Assembly (NCBI GenBank): GCA_963708025.1
Contig: CAVPSB010000014.1
Span: 128,001-192,000 of the forward strand
Direction: 5' to 3'
Source: an uncultured Candidatus Rokubacteria bacterium
Lineage (GTDB): Bacteria > Methylomirabilota > Methylomirabilia > Rokubacteriales > DASRDR01
DNA: 64,000 bases
Shown here: piece after piece, positions 40,643 to 50,900 of the stretch
Layout of the letters: every line of letters starts with the position of its first letter
How positions within the stretch are numbered: position 1 is the first letter of the stretch
Notes under the pieces: model-generated
What the model was told of the DNA's origin: nothing
What the model saw: only the letters and a program-made list of their open reading frames with translations
The model's database searches: none
Position numbers and translations under genes: made by a program

Positions 40643-41526
40643 ATGGAACAACACGATCTGACCTTCGTCATTCCCACCTACCGCCTGGATGTCCGGGAGA
40701 CGCTGCCCCATCACGTCCGGTTGATGGAGCTCGTGTTCAAGGACGTCAGCCGCTTCGACGTGATCCACTTCCACACCGACTACCTGCATTTCCCGCTCGT
40801 GCGACGTCACCGATGCCCGAGCGTCACGACATTACACGGCATGGTCCACCCGCACGATCTGCAGGCACTGCTCGGGGAGTACCGAGACGTTGCGCTGGTG
40901 TCGATCTCGAACGATCAGCGCCGTCCGATTCCCGACGCAAACTGGCAGGCGACCGTCTACCATGGCCTGCCGCGCGAGTCCTTCACATTTCGCGCCGAAC
41001 CAGGGACGTACCTCGCGTATCTCGGGCGGATGTCGCCCGAGAAGCGGGTGGATCGTGCAATTGAGATCGCCCGGCGAGCGGGTGTGCCGCTCAAGATCGC
41101 CGCGAAGATCTACCCGGAGGAGCGGCACTACTTCGACGAGACGCTGGCGCCGCTGATCCACGCGTCACAGTCGCTCGTCGAGTTCGTTGGCGAGATCGGC
41201 AACCGCGAAAGAGACGACCTCCTCGGCAAGGCCGCCGCCCTGCTGTTCCCCATCGAATGGCCTGAGCCATTCGGCCTGGTCATGATCGAGGCCCGGCCTG
41301 CGGAACGCCCGTCGTCGCGTGGCGTCGCGGATCCGTCCCGGAAGTGCTGGAGGAGGGCGTCACCGGACGCATCGTGGACAGCGTCGATGACGCCGTCCGG
41401 GCGGTCGGCAGCATCGAGCGCCTGAGCCGGGCTGCCTGCCGCCGCGCATTCGAACAGCGGTTCGATGCCAGACGCATGGCGATGGACTACCTCGAGGTGT
41501 ATCGCCGCGTCGCTCCGGTCGGCTGA
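40643..41526 (+). pseudogene. Glycosyltransferase family 4, N-terminally truncated/chimeric, with a frameshift
   Basis: FDVIHFH, TTLHG, LGRMSPEK, FPIEWPEPFGLVMIEA; the GT4 N-terminus is missing. Confidence 0.7.
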
Positions 41527-41732
41527 GCCGGGCATCCCACTTCGAAGGCATTCCTCGGTTCTGGTACGATAGCGGCACGTTGGCCCAGGTACTCGTCCGC
41601 GCGAACGACGCGGGCGCCGGAGAGTCGCGACGTGGATGTGCTGCTATCCGACCCCTCCTGCCCGGCGCCGGCGCTCCGCGTGTCCTCGACGGTCCGCATC
41701 GCTGACGCTCGGGAAAGGGTAGAAGCGATTCG

Positions 41733-44163
41733 ATGGCCACCGTCGTGGTCGCCCTCATGTCGATCCTCGCCGTGGGATTCCTGGGGACCTGGGCCGCGTC
41801 CAGACTCAGGGTCCCTCACAGCGTGTTCCTCGTCGTGCTGGGCGTGGCGGCCGGCATGTCCGTCCGTGGCCACGCGGGCGCCACCTACATCGGCCACCTG
41901 ACGGAACTCTTTCCGGATCTCGTTCTGCTCGTGCTCCTCCCTCCGTTGATCTTCGAAGCGGCCTACGGTCTCGACTTCGATCAGCTCCGCCAGGAACTCC
42001 TTCCCCTGGGTGCTCTCTCGATCGTGGCACTGGTGGTGTCAACGGCGCTGATCGGCTACGGTCTGCACTGGGTGTTTCGCTTCGAGCTGCTACCCGAGCC
42101 TCGTCTTCGGGGCGTTGATCTCCGCGACCGATCCCGTAGCGGTCCTGGCGCTGTTCAAGGAGGTCGGGGCGCCCCGCCGCCTCAACACCCTGGTCGAAGG
42201 CGAGAGCCTCCTCAATGACGGCACGGCCATCGTGCTGTTCAGAGTGCTCCTGGCGGCGACCGCGGCCTCTCAGCTCGGTACGGGCCTCATCGTCCGGGGC
42301 GTCCTGCAGTTCATCGAGGTCGCCCTGGGCGGCGCGCTCGTGGGCCTGGCCATGGCCGCGATGATGAGCCTGCTCCTGAAGCTCACCTCACGTTCCGGGG
42401 CTTCTCAGCTCGGCGTGACCGTGGTCGCGGCCTACCTGAGCTTCATCATCGCCGACCGCTACCTGGGGGTCAGCGGCGTCATCTCGACCTTGGTGGTCGG
42501 CTCTATCTGGGGCGTCGTGCGCGCCTGGAGCTGAACCGGGACGCCCTGGATGGGATGCGGCACGTGTGGCAGTTCCTGGCCCTCAGCGCGAATGTCGTCG
42601 TGTTCGTCGCGGTGGGGTTCGCCGCGGACCCCGCGCTCATCCGCGGCAATCTCGCCGTCATCTCGGCCACGGTGGGGATCGCCTACCTGGCGAGGGCCCT
42701 GTCCGTCTTCCTCACCATTCCCGCCGTCAACGCGCTTCGCCTCTCCCCGCCGATCAGCATCGCTTACCAGGTCGTGCTGTTCTGGGGTGGCCTCCGGGGT
42801 GGGCTCGCCCTGGGCTTGGTGCTTCTCCTGCCCGAGGGATTTCCCCACAAGCAACTCTTCGCCGTCCTGGCGATTGCCGTGGTGACGGCGACACTCCTGA
42901 TCAATGCCCTGACCACGAAGGGGGTCCTGCGCGTCCTCAAGCTGGATCAGCTGGAGCCGGCCGATCGGCGATTCTACGTGGAAGCCCTCGCCCTCGCCCA
43001 AAGGCGCCGCCTTCGATCAGCTCTCGAGAGCCGCGGACACGGGAGGCCTGTCCCGGGCCCTCGTCGAGCAACAACGAACGAGCGCGCGCAAGGCTCTCGG
43101 GGCCGCGCAGGCCACCGGCGACGAGTATCGGCAGGATCCGGACGTCCGATTCAGCGTCAGCGCCCTGCTCCTCCGCGAACGCCGGGTCATATGATCTGCG
43201 GCTCGCGGATGGCGTCCTCTCGAAGGACGCCTACTGGGAATTGCAGCAGCTGGTGACGAAGCGACTCGATGCGTTCCATCGAGAGGGCCTGACGGGACTG
43301 ACGGGATTTGCGTTCGGGCTCGGGGCCCCGGACCGGAATGGAGTGGCGGGCAAGTTCTTGACGAGATATCTCCTGAGCAAGATCGGGGGTCGGCTCCACC
43401 GCTTGACCATCCGTCTGGAGGTCTTGCTCCATCTCAAGCTCACCTTGGAGGAAGTCGCAGCCCTCGTCGCTCACGGTCCCCGTGAGCGGCTTGGTCAGGC
43501 AGTGGCTCGTGGAGGCCGACCGGGAATTGCAGACGTTCTTTCGCGCGTACCCGCACTACGGGGCCGCGGTTCAAACCTCGTTCATTGCCGATGCCGTCAA
43601 GGCCCGCAGCCGCACCGTCATCCAGCAGTTGTTCGAGGCCTCGATCATCAGCGGGTTCGTGCGCGCGAAGGCCGAGCAGCAGGTCGCGGCGATCCATGAG
43701 CAGGGCGTGGCCGGCGCGCGAAACCTGTTGACGCCGACCCGCGCGTACCTGATGGGCCGGGTCCCCTTGTTCCAGGCGCTCCCGCCGAGCCGCGCTCCAG
43801 AAGATCGCGGACTTCTCCAAGAGCGTCGTGGTGGAACCCGGACGTGTCGTGGTCCGCGAGGGGGAGGAAGGGCATTCGTTCTTCGTGGTGACGGCAGGCC
43901 TCCTGGAAGTACAGCGGTCCGGGGAGAGCGGGGAGGAGGGGCGTCCGCGCTTGTTCGCGGGCGACTTCTTCGGGGAGACGTCCCTGCTCTTCGACCAGCC
44001 CCGGAATGCCACGATCATCGCGGTCATGACGACGGAGTTGCTCGAGCTCGACCGGCCGACGTTCGAGTTCATCCTGAAGGAATATCCATTGGTGCGGACG
44101 CAGATCTACGAGACGGCGCAAGCTCGGAGAAGCGCCGGCGGCGACTGGACGCCGCCGAGCTAG
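41733..44163 (+). CDS. CPA1 Na+(K+)/H+ antiporter with C-terminal cNMP-binding domain; several frameshifts
   Basis: [38 protein letters not shown]; cNMP REGEEG..FFVV..G, GDFFGE..PRNATI. Confidence 0.85.
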
Positions 44164-44230
44164 GCGATGGTCGCGAAGGACCCGCGCGTCGGTGGCGCCG
44201 CGGGTCTCGGCCACCCCGGCCACCGTGGAA

Positions 44231-44296
44231 CTTGATGACTTCTTGACGGGGCTACGCCCCGGTTTTACGCGTTCTTGATGGCGCGCACGGTATAAC
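44231..44296 (+). promoter_or_regulatory. Four-half-site OmpR/KdpE-type operator plus TATAAC -10 (copy 2)
   Basis: cttgatga 44231, cttgacgg 44242, ttttacgc 44263, cttgatgg 44274; tataac at 44291. Confidence 0.65.
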
Positions 44297-44381
44297 TCTG
44301 TCTGTACGTGACGCCCGCCTGTCCGGACGCCGAAGGGCGGCGTCACAGGGCATCGGACCAAGCGAGACCCGGAGGAGTGAG

Positions 44382-44552
44382 ATGGGCAGGAAGCCGGCCG
44401 AGAGGGAAGTCAAAGTCGCAGCGAAGGCCGCCCTCGGATTCGAATCGACTGCGCCGTGCGGCTGCTGCGGCGCCCCGTCCAGGCGTGTTCGCCAGCAGTG
44501 GCGGGCTTGCGCCAACGGGCACAGGTTCGTCAAGAAGAGCGATCAGCGCTGA
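44382..44552 (+). CDS. 56-aa putative Zn-ribbon microprotein
   Basis: SD ggaggag; MGRKPAEREVKVAAKAALGFESTAPCGCCGAPSRRVRQQWRACANGHRFVKKSDQR*; CxxC...CxxxH. Confidence 0.6.
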   Translation: MGRKPAEREVKVAAKAALGFESTAPCGCCGAPSRRVRQQWRACANGHRFVKKSDQR

Positions 44553-44563
44553 TCGCCCGAGCG

Positions 44564-44597
44564 GCGTGGCGCTTGGCCTCCAGGCCAAGCGCCACGC
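44564..44597 (+). terminator. Perfect 16-bp hairpin after the microprotein gene
   Basis: gcgtggcgcttggcct-cc-aggccaagcgccacgc; no strong U-tract. Confidence 0.45.
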
Positions 44598-44623
44598 TGG
44601 CGGGCCGATTCTGCGAGACAATT

Positions 44624-44805
44624 CCCGTAGTGTCCGAAAACCCATTCCACGCCTGGGCCGGCCCTGCAGTAGTCGCGCAGCCCCCCCAACTGCCCAGGGT
44701 GACGAACGTGGCTGGCCCGGAGAGCGCGGTTGTCGGGCGTGAGTAACTCGTCGCCGATCCCCTGATGGTTCCGCTCCTCGTGGTAATGCGCCACGAGCTT
44801 TCGCG
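44624..44805 (-). mobile_element. Remnant right end of an integrase-core (rve-type) IS
   Basis: HYHEERNHQGIG...LGGL.DY C-terminal transposase motif followed by a ttttcggacactacggg end-like sequence. Confidence 0.6.
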
Positions 44806-44879
44806 CTATGATCGAGGCGCGCGGGCCTCGTCGCCGGGCGACCGCGTGCGCCTTTCCTTCTTCGCCATGGAGATTGCCG

Positions 44880-45320
44880 ATGGCCACGCCCGCTGCCTTC
44901 AAGCGCATTCTCGCCGCCGTGGACGGGAGCGACCACGCACTCGGCGCCGCCCGGGCGGCCGCCCGGATGGCCCGGGCCCTGGGCGCCCGGCTGACCCTGT
45001 TGGCCGTCTACCACCAGCCGTCGGCCGCTCTCGGCGAGCCGAACTACTCGACGGCGCTCTCCGAGGCGCTCGCCCAGGCCCGCGCCATCATCGAGCGCGC
45101 CCGCGCGGCGGTCCACGAGGCCAGCGGGCTGGAGCCGGAGACCGAGTTGCTCGGGGGCGCTCCGGCCGAGACGATCATCGCGGCAGCCCGCGATGGCGGC
45201 TACGATCTCGTCGTCGTGGGCACCCGCGGGCGCGGAGCCGTGAAGGCGGCGCTGCTCGGCTCGGTCTCGACCACGGTCGCCGCGCACGCCGGGCGCCCGG
45301 TCCTGGTGGTCGGGGACTGA
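44880..45320 (+). CDS. Universal stress protein
   Basis: ILAAVDGS, DLVVVGTRGRG...LLGSVS, PVLVV. Confidence 0.92.
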   Translation: MATPAAFKRILAAVDGSDHALGAARAAARMARALGARLTLLAVYHQPSAALGEPNYSTALSEALAQARAIIERARAAVHEASGLEPETELLGGAPAETIIAAARDGGYDLVVVGTRGRGAVKAALLGSVSTTVAAHAGRPVLVVGD

Positions 45321-45358
45321 GCGATCGACCGCCACGCCCTGCCTCACGCGCACGGCGA

Positions 45359-47821
45359 ATGAGCCACGTTCGAGACGATCTCCCGGTGTCGGCGGCCGCG
45401 TTGCGGGAATCCATCCAGCGGCACGCCAGGTACTCGCTGGCTCAGGCGTGGGGAACGCTTTCTCCGCACCAGCTCTTCGAGTGCGTCGGGCTCGCCGTGC
45501 GGGATCTCCTCGTCGACCGGCTGCTCGAGACCGGCGCACGCCATCGGCAGGCGGATGCCAAGCACGTCGCCTACCTCTCCATCGAGTATCTGCTCGGACG
45601 GTGCCTGACCAACAATCTGGTCAATCTGGGCATCTACGAGCTCTGTCGGGACACGCTCGGAAGCATCGGCGTGGACCTCGGGCTCGTGGAGGAGAGCGAG
45701 CGGGATGCCGCGCTTGGCAACGGCGGGCTCGGCCGGCTCGCCGCCTGCTTCCTGGACTCGCTGGCCACGCTCGGCATGCCGGGGGCCGGCTACGGCATCA
45801 ACTACGACTACGGGGTGTTCCGCCAGGAGATCGACAACGGCGACCAGAGGGAAAGGCTGGACAACTGGCGCGCCCTCCCGACACCCTGGGAGATCGAGCG
45901 GCCCGAGGAGGCCTGTCTCGTTCCGGTCTATGGCCGAATCGAGCACGGCGTGGACCGCCGGGGACAGTACAACCCGATGTGGCTGGAGTGGCGGCTCCTG
46001 ATCGGCGTGCCCCACGACTTCCCCGTCGTCGGCTACGGAGGCCGGACGGTGAACCTCCTCCGGCTGTTCTCCGCACGGGCGTCGCATGACTTCGACATGC
46101 AGATCTTCAACACCGGCGACTACGTGAAGGCCGTGGAACAGAAGATCGCCTCGGAGACCGTCTCCAAGATCCTCTATCCGTCCGACGCCGTGCCCCCCGG
46201 CCAGGAGCTCCGGCTGGTCCAGGAGTACTTCCTCGTCGCCTGCGCCCTGCGAGACATCGTCGCGCGATACGAGCGGGATCACCCCGGCGGCTTCGACGCG
46301 TTCCCGGACAAGGTCGCCATCCAGCTCAACGACACTCATCCCGCCCTCGCCGTGGCCGAGCTGATGCGCATCTTGGTCGATGAGCGAGATCTCCCGTGGG
46401 ACACCGCCTGGGACATCACGCAAGCGACCATGGCGTACACGAACCACACGCTGCTGCCGGAGGCGCTCGAGAAGTGGCCCGTCTTCCTGCTGGAGCGGGT
46501 CGTGCCCCGGCACCTGCAGATCATCTACGAGATCAACCGGCGCTTCCTGCGACACGTCGCGGCCCTCTGGCCCGGTGACGACGCCCGCCTGCAGCGGATG
46601 TCGCTCGTCGAGGAATGGCCGTCGAAGCAGGTGCGAATGGCCCACCTGAGCATCGTCGGCAGCCACTCCATCAATGGCGTGTCCGCGCTTCACAGCCGGC
46701 TCGTCCAGACGACGCTGGCGCCCGACTTCTACCGGCTCTGGCCGGAGCGGTTCAACAACAAGACGAACGGCGTCACGCCCCGCCGGTGGCTGGTCCAGGC
46801 CAATCCCCTGCTGTCGGGTCTGATCAGCCGGACGATCGGCGATCGATGGATCACCGACCTCGACCGCCTGCGCGAGCTCACGCCATGGGCGAGCGACGCC
46901 GCCTTCCAGCGCGAGTTCCTGGCCATCAAGCGGTCCAACAAGGAGAGACTGGCCCGCGTGATCGAGGAGACGACCGGGATCACCGTCGATCCGGAGTCGC
47001 TCTTCGACGTGCAGATCAAGCGGATCCACGAGTACAAGCGGCAGTTGCTGCGGGTCATGCACATCGTTCACGAGTATCTCGGCCTCGTCGAGGACGGCAC
47101 GGACCCGCCCGTGCCGAGGACGTGCATCTTCGCGGGAAAGGCGGCGCCAGGGTACCAGGTCGCCAAGCAGATCATCAAGGTGATCTGCAGCGTCGCCTCG
47201 GTGATCAACCACGATCCGCGGGTGAAGGGCCGGCTCCGGGTCGTCTTCGTACCCGACTACCGCGTGTCGCTGGCGGAGAAGATCATCCCCGGCGCCGATC
47301 TGAGCGAGCAGATCTCGACCGCCGGAACGGAGGCCTCCGGGACCGGCAACATGAAGCTCGCCATGAACGGCGCGCTGACGATCGGGACGCTCGACGGCGC
47401 GAACGTCGAGATCCGGGCCGAGGTGGGCGCCGAGAACATCTTCATCTTCGGCCTGACCGCGGACGAGATCCAGGCTTTGCGCGACGGCAGGCGTTACCGC
47501 CCACGCGACCTCTACGAGCAGAACGCCTCCGTGAGACGGATCGTCGACGCGTTCGACTCCGGCCTGTTCTGTCGGCAGGAGCCCGGGCTTTTTCGCTGGA
47601 TCACCCGGTCCATCCTGGACGGCGGAGACGTCTACTTCCATCTCGCCGACCTGCCCGCGTACATCGAGACACAGGACCGAGTGGCCGGCGAGTTCAGGCA
47701 CCCGGCGGCGTGGGCGTCCAAGGCGATCCTGAATGTCGCCCGGATCGGCCGATTCTCCAGCGATCGCACGGTCAGCGAGTACGCCCGGGACATCTGGAGG
47801 ATCGGCCGGGTCGAGGGCTAG
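45359..47821 (+). CDS. glgP: Glycogen/maltodextrin phosphorylase
   Basis: LGNGGLGRLAACFLDS, QLNDTHP, KRIHEYKRQ, EASGTGNMK (PLP Lys), FSSDRT. Confidence 0.96.
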   Translation: MSHVRDDLPVSAAALRESIQRHARYSLAQAWGTLSPHQLFECVGLAVRDLLVDRLLETGARHRQADAKHVAYLSIEYLLGRCLTNNLVNLGIYELCRDTLGSIGVDLGLVEESERDAALGNGGLGRLAACFLDSLATLGMPGAGYGINYDYGVFRQEIDNGDQRERLDNWRALPTPWEIERPEEACLVPVYGRIEHGVDRRGQYNPMWLEWRLLIGVPHDFPVVGYGGRTVNLLRLFSARASHDFDMQIFNTGDYVKAVEQKIASETVSKILYPSDAVPPGQELRLVQEYFLVACALRDIVARYERDHPGGFDAFPDKVAIQLNDTHPALAVAELMRILVDERDLPWDTAWDITQATMAYTNHTLLPEALEKWPVFLLERVVPRHLQIIYEINRRFLRHVAALWPGDDARLQRMSLVEEWPSKQVRMAHLSIVGSHSINGVSALHSRLVQTTLAPDFYRLWPERFNNKTNGVTPRRWLVQANPLLSGLISRTIGDRWITDLDRLRELTPWASDAAFQREFLAIKRSNKERLARVIEETTGITVDPESLFDVQIKRIHEYKRQLLRVMHIVHEYLGLVEDGTDPPVPRTCIFAGKAAPGYQVAKQIIKVICSVASVINHDPRVKGRLRVVFVPDYRVSLAEKIIPGADLSEQISTAGTEASGTGNMKLAMNGALTIGTLDGANVEIRAEVGAENIFIFGLTADEIQALRDGRRYRPRDLYEQNASVRRIVDAFDSGLFCRQEPGLFRWITRSILDGGDVYFHLADLPAYIETQDRVAGEFRHPAAWASKAILNVARIGRFSSDRTVSEYARDIWRIGRVEG

Positions 47822-47881
47822 ACGCTGGGCATCGCCACCCTGGAAGACGTCCTGGAATCCCTGGTGGGCGACGTGCGGGAA
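47822..47881 (+). pseudogene. Hemolysin/CNNM CBS-domain fragment
   Basis: TLGIATLEDVLESLVGDVRE resembles the GIVTLED.LE.IVG.I motif. Confidence 0.45.
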
Positions 47882-47904
47882 GCCCCCCGCGGAGGTGGCC
47901 CGTC

Positions 47905-50900
47905 ATGCTAGTCGACATCTCGCACCGACGAGGCGCCGGATACTGGGCGGCGATCTTGGGCGTCGCTGTCGTGACGGCCATCTTCGCGCCGCTTCACGCC
48001 ACGCTCAGCCCCACGACCGTGGCGCTGGCGTATCTGCTCGTCGTCCTCTTCGTGGCGACCGTCCGGGGCAGCAGGCCCGCGACGGTGGCGTCGGTGCTCG
48101 GCATGCTCTGCTTCAACTTCTTCTTCTTGCCGCCCATCTACAGCTTGACCATCGCCGATCCGCAGAACTGGGTTGCGCTCACCGCCTTTCTCGTCACGGC
48201 CGTCACCGCGGGGCAACTCTCGGACCGGGCAAAGCGGCGCGCCGCCGAGGCCGAGGCCGGGAGGTCGGCGAGCGCCTACAACCGAAGCCTGATCGAGGCG
48301 AGCCTCGACCCGCTCGTGACCATCGGGTTCGACGGCCGGATCATCGACGTGAATGCCGCCATCGAGTCGGTGACCGGCCGCCCGCGAGCCCAGCTCATCG
48401 GGACGGACTTCTCCGGCTATTTCACCGAGCCGGAGCGGGCCCGGGCCGGGTACCAGCAGGCGTGGCGCGCTGGCTTCGTGCGCGACCATGCCCTGGAGCT
48501 CCGACACCGCGACGGGCACAGCACGTCGGTCCTGTACAGCGCGTCGGTCTATCGGGACGACCGCGGACACGTCATCGGGGTGGTCGCGGCCGCCCGCCCC
48601 ATCCGCACGTCCGCCGGACAGCCCGCGCGCGCGCTGGCGGATCCCGAAGTGGTCAGAGGCCTGCGTCGCTTCATCGCGTTCACGAGCGTGGCGTCCGCCG
48701 CCGTCGGAGTGCTGGGACTCGCCGGCTGGATGTTTCGCATTCCCGTCCTCAAGAGCGTCATCCCGGGCCAGGTGGTCATCAAGCCCAACACCGCCGTCTG
48801 TCTGGTGTCGATCGGCCTCTCGCTGTGGCTGATGCGGAAAGTGGACGATCGCCCCGTCCCCAGAGCCCGGAAGCTCGGCGGTCAGCTGCTGGCGGCCCTC
48901 ACCGCGGCGGTGGGCCTGCTGAGCCTGACCGAGCACGTGATCGGCTGGGACCTGGGGATCGATCAGTGGCTGTTCCAGGAAACCGCCGCGGACGCGATTG
49001 GAAGCGTTCGTCCGGGCCTGATGGCGCCGATCACCGCCCTGGACTTCCTGCTCCTGGGGCTCGCGCTGCTGGGGCTGGACTGGACGATCTGGTGGCGATC
49101 GCGCCGGTATTCTCCCGCCCAGGTCTTGGCGGGTGTGGCGGGAGTCGCCTCGATCGTGGGTTTGCTCGACTTCGTGCTCAAGTCAGCGATCTCCTACACT
49201 CACGTCGCGCTGCAGACGGCGGTCACCCTGTGTCTCTTGTCTCTCGGCGTGGTCTGTGCGCGCACCGAACGGGGGGTCCCGGCCCTGTTCGTCAGCTCCA
49301 GTGTGGGCGGAACGCTCGTCCGGCGCCTGCTGCCCGCGGCCATCGTCATTCCGATCCTGATCGGCGCCCTGTGGTGGAAAGCCTTGTCCGCGGGTCTCGC
49401 CTCCGCGTGGAGCGGGGGCACCCTGATGATCGTGGCGATGATCGCCCTGCTGGGAAACCTCACGGTGCTGGTCGGATTCCTCATCGATCGCGCCGACGTG
49501 GAACGCCGGAAAGCGGAGGGAGGTCTGCACCGGCGGGAGGAGGAGCTCAGAGAGGCGCAGCGGCTCGCCCGAGTAGGCAGCTGGTCGTGGGAGCCAGCGA
49601 CCGACAGGGTCACCTGGTCCGAGGGGCTGTACCGCATCGTCGGCCGCGATCCGAAGCTGCCTCCCCCCGTCTACCGCGAGCACTCCCGCTTCTATACGGC
49701 CGAGAGCTTCGCTCGGCTGGACGCGGCGGTGCAAGAGGCCCTGCGGACGGGAGCCCCGTACGAGCTGGACCTGGAGCTGGTGACGGCCGACAGGGCTCGG
49801 CGCTCGATCACGGGCCGCGGGGAAGTGGAGCGCGATGCCGATGGCCGCGTCGTGCTCGTGCGCGGCACCGTGCACGACATCACCGAGCGCAAGCAGGCGG
49901 AGGAGGCCCTGCAGAGATCGGCGGACGAGACCCGCGATCTCTACAACCACGCGCCCTGCGGGTATCACTCCGTCGACAAGGACGGCGTCTTCGTCCGGAT
50001 CAACGATACCGAGCTGGAGTGGCTGGGATATGCGCGCGAGGACGTGATCGGAAAGGTGAAGTTCCCCGATCTCCTCGCGCCGAGGAGCCGGAGCACCTTC
50101 GAGGCCGCGTTCCCGCGACTGAAGACGGAAGGCACGGTGCGCGACATCGAGTTCGACCTGGTCCGCAAGGACGGCACGATCCTGCCCGTGCTCCTCAGCG
50201 CGACGGCGATCACCGATCCCGACGGGCAACTATCTGATGAGCCGCTCGATGGTCTACGACATGACCGAGCGCAGGCGGGCGGAGGAGGCCTTGCGGCAGG
50301 CGAGTGCCTACAACCGGAGCCTGATCGAGGCCGCGCTGGACCCGCTGGTGACCATCGGCCCGGACGGGCGGATCACCGACGTGAATGCGGCCACCGAGGC
50401 GGCGACCGGGCATCCTCGCGGGGTGCTGATCGGCACGGACTTCTCGGAGTACTTCACCGACCCGGAGAAGGCCCGGACGGGTTATCGGCAGGTGTTTCAG
50501 GAAGGCTTCGTGCGGGACTACGCCCTCGAGCTTCGCCACCGCGACGGGCGCCTCACGTCGGTCCTGTACAACGCCTCGGTCTACCGGGACAGCGGGGGAC
50601 GGGTGATCGGCGTCTTCGCCGCGGCGCGTGACATCACCGCGCGCAAGCAAGCCGAGGAAGCGCTGCGCGCGAGCGAGGCCAACCTGAATCGAGCGCAAGA
50701 GATCGCGCACCTCGGGAGCTGGCATCTGGACGTCGCCCGCGATCGACTCACCTGGTCCGATGAAGTGTTTCGCATCTTCGGAGTCTCCAGGGGCACGGCC
50801 CTGACCTACGAGGCCTTCCTCGATTCGCTGCACCCCGAGGACCGGGAAGCCGTCGATCAGGCATGGGCCGCCGCCCTGCGCGGAGCCCCGTACGACATCG

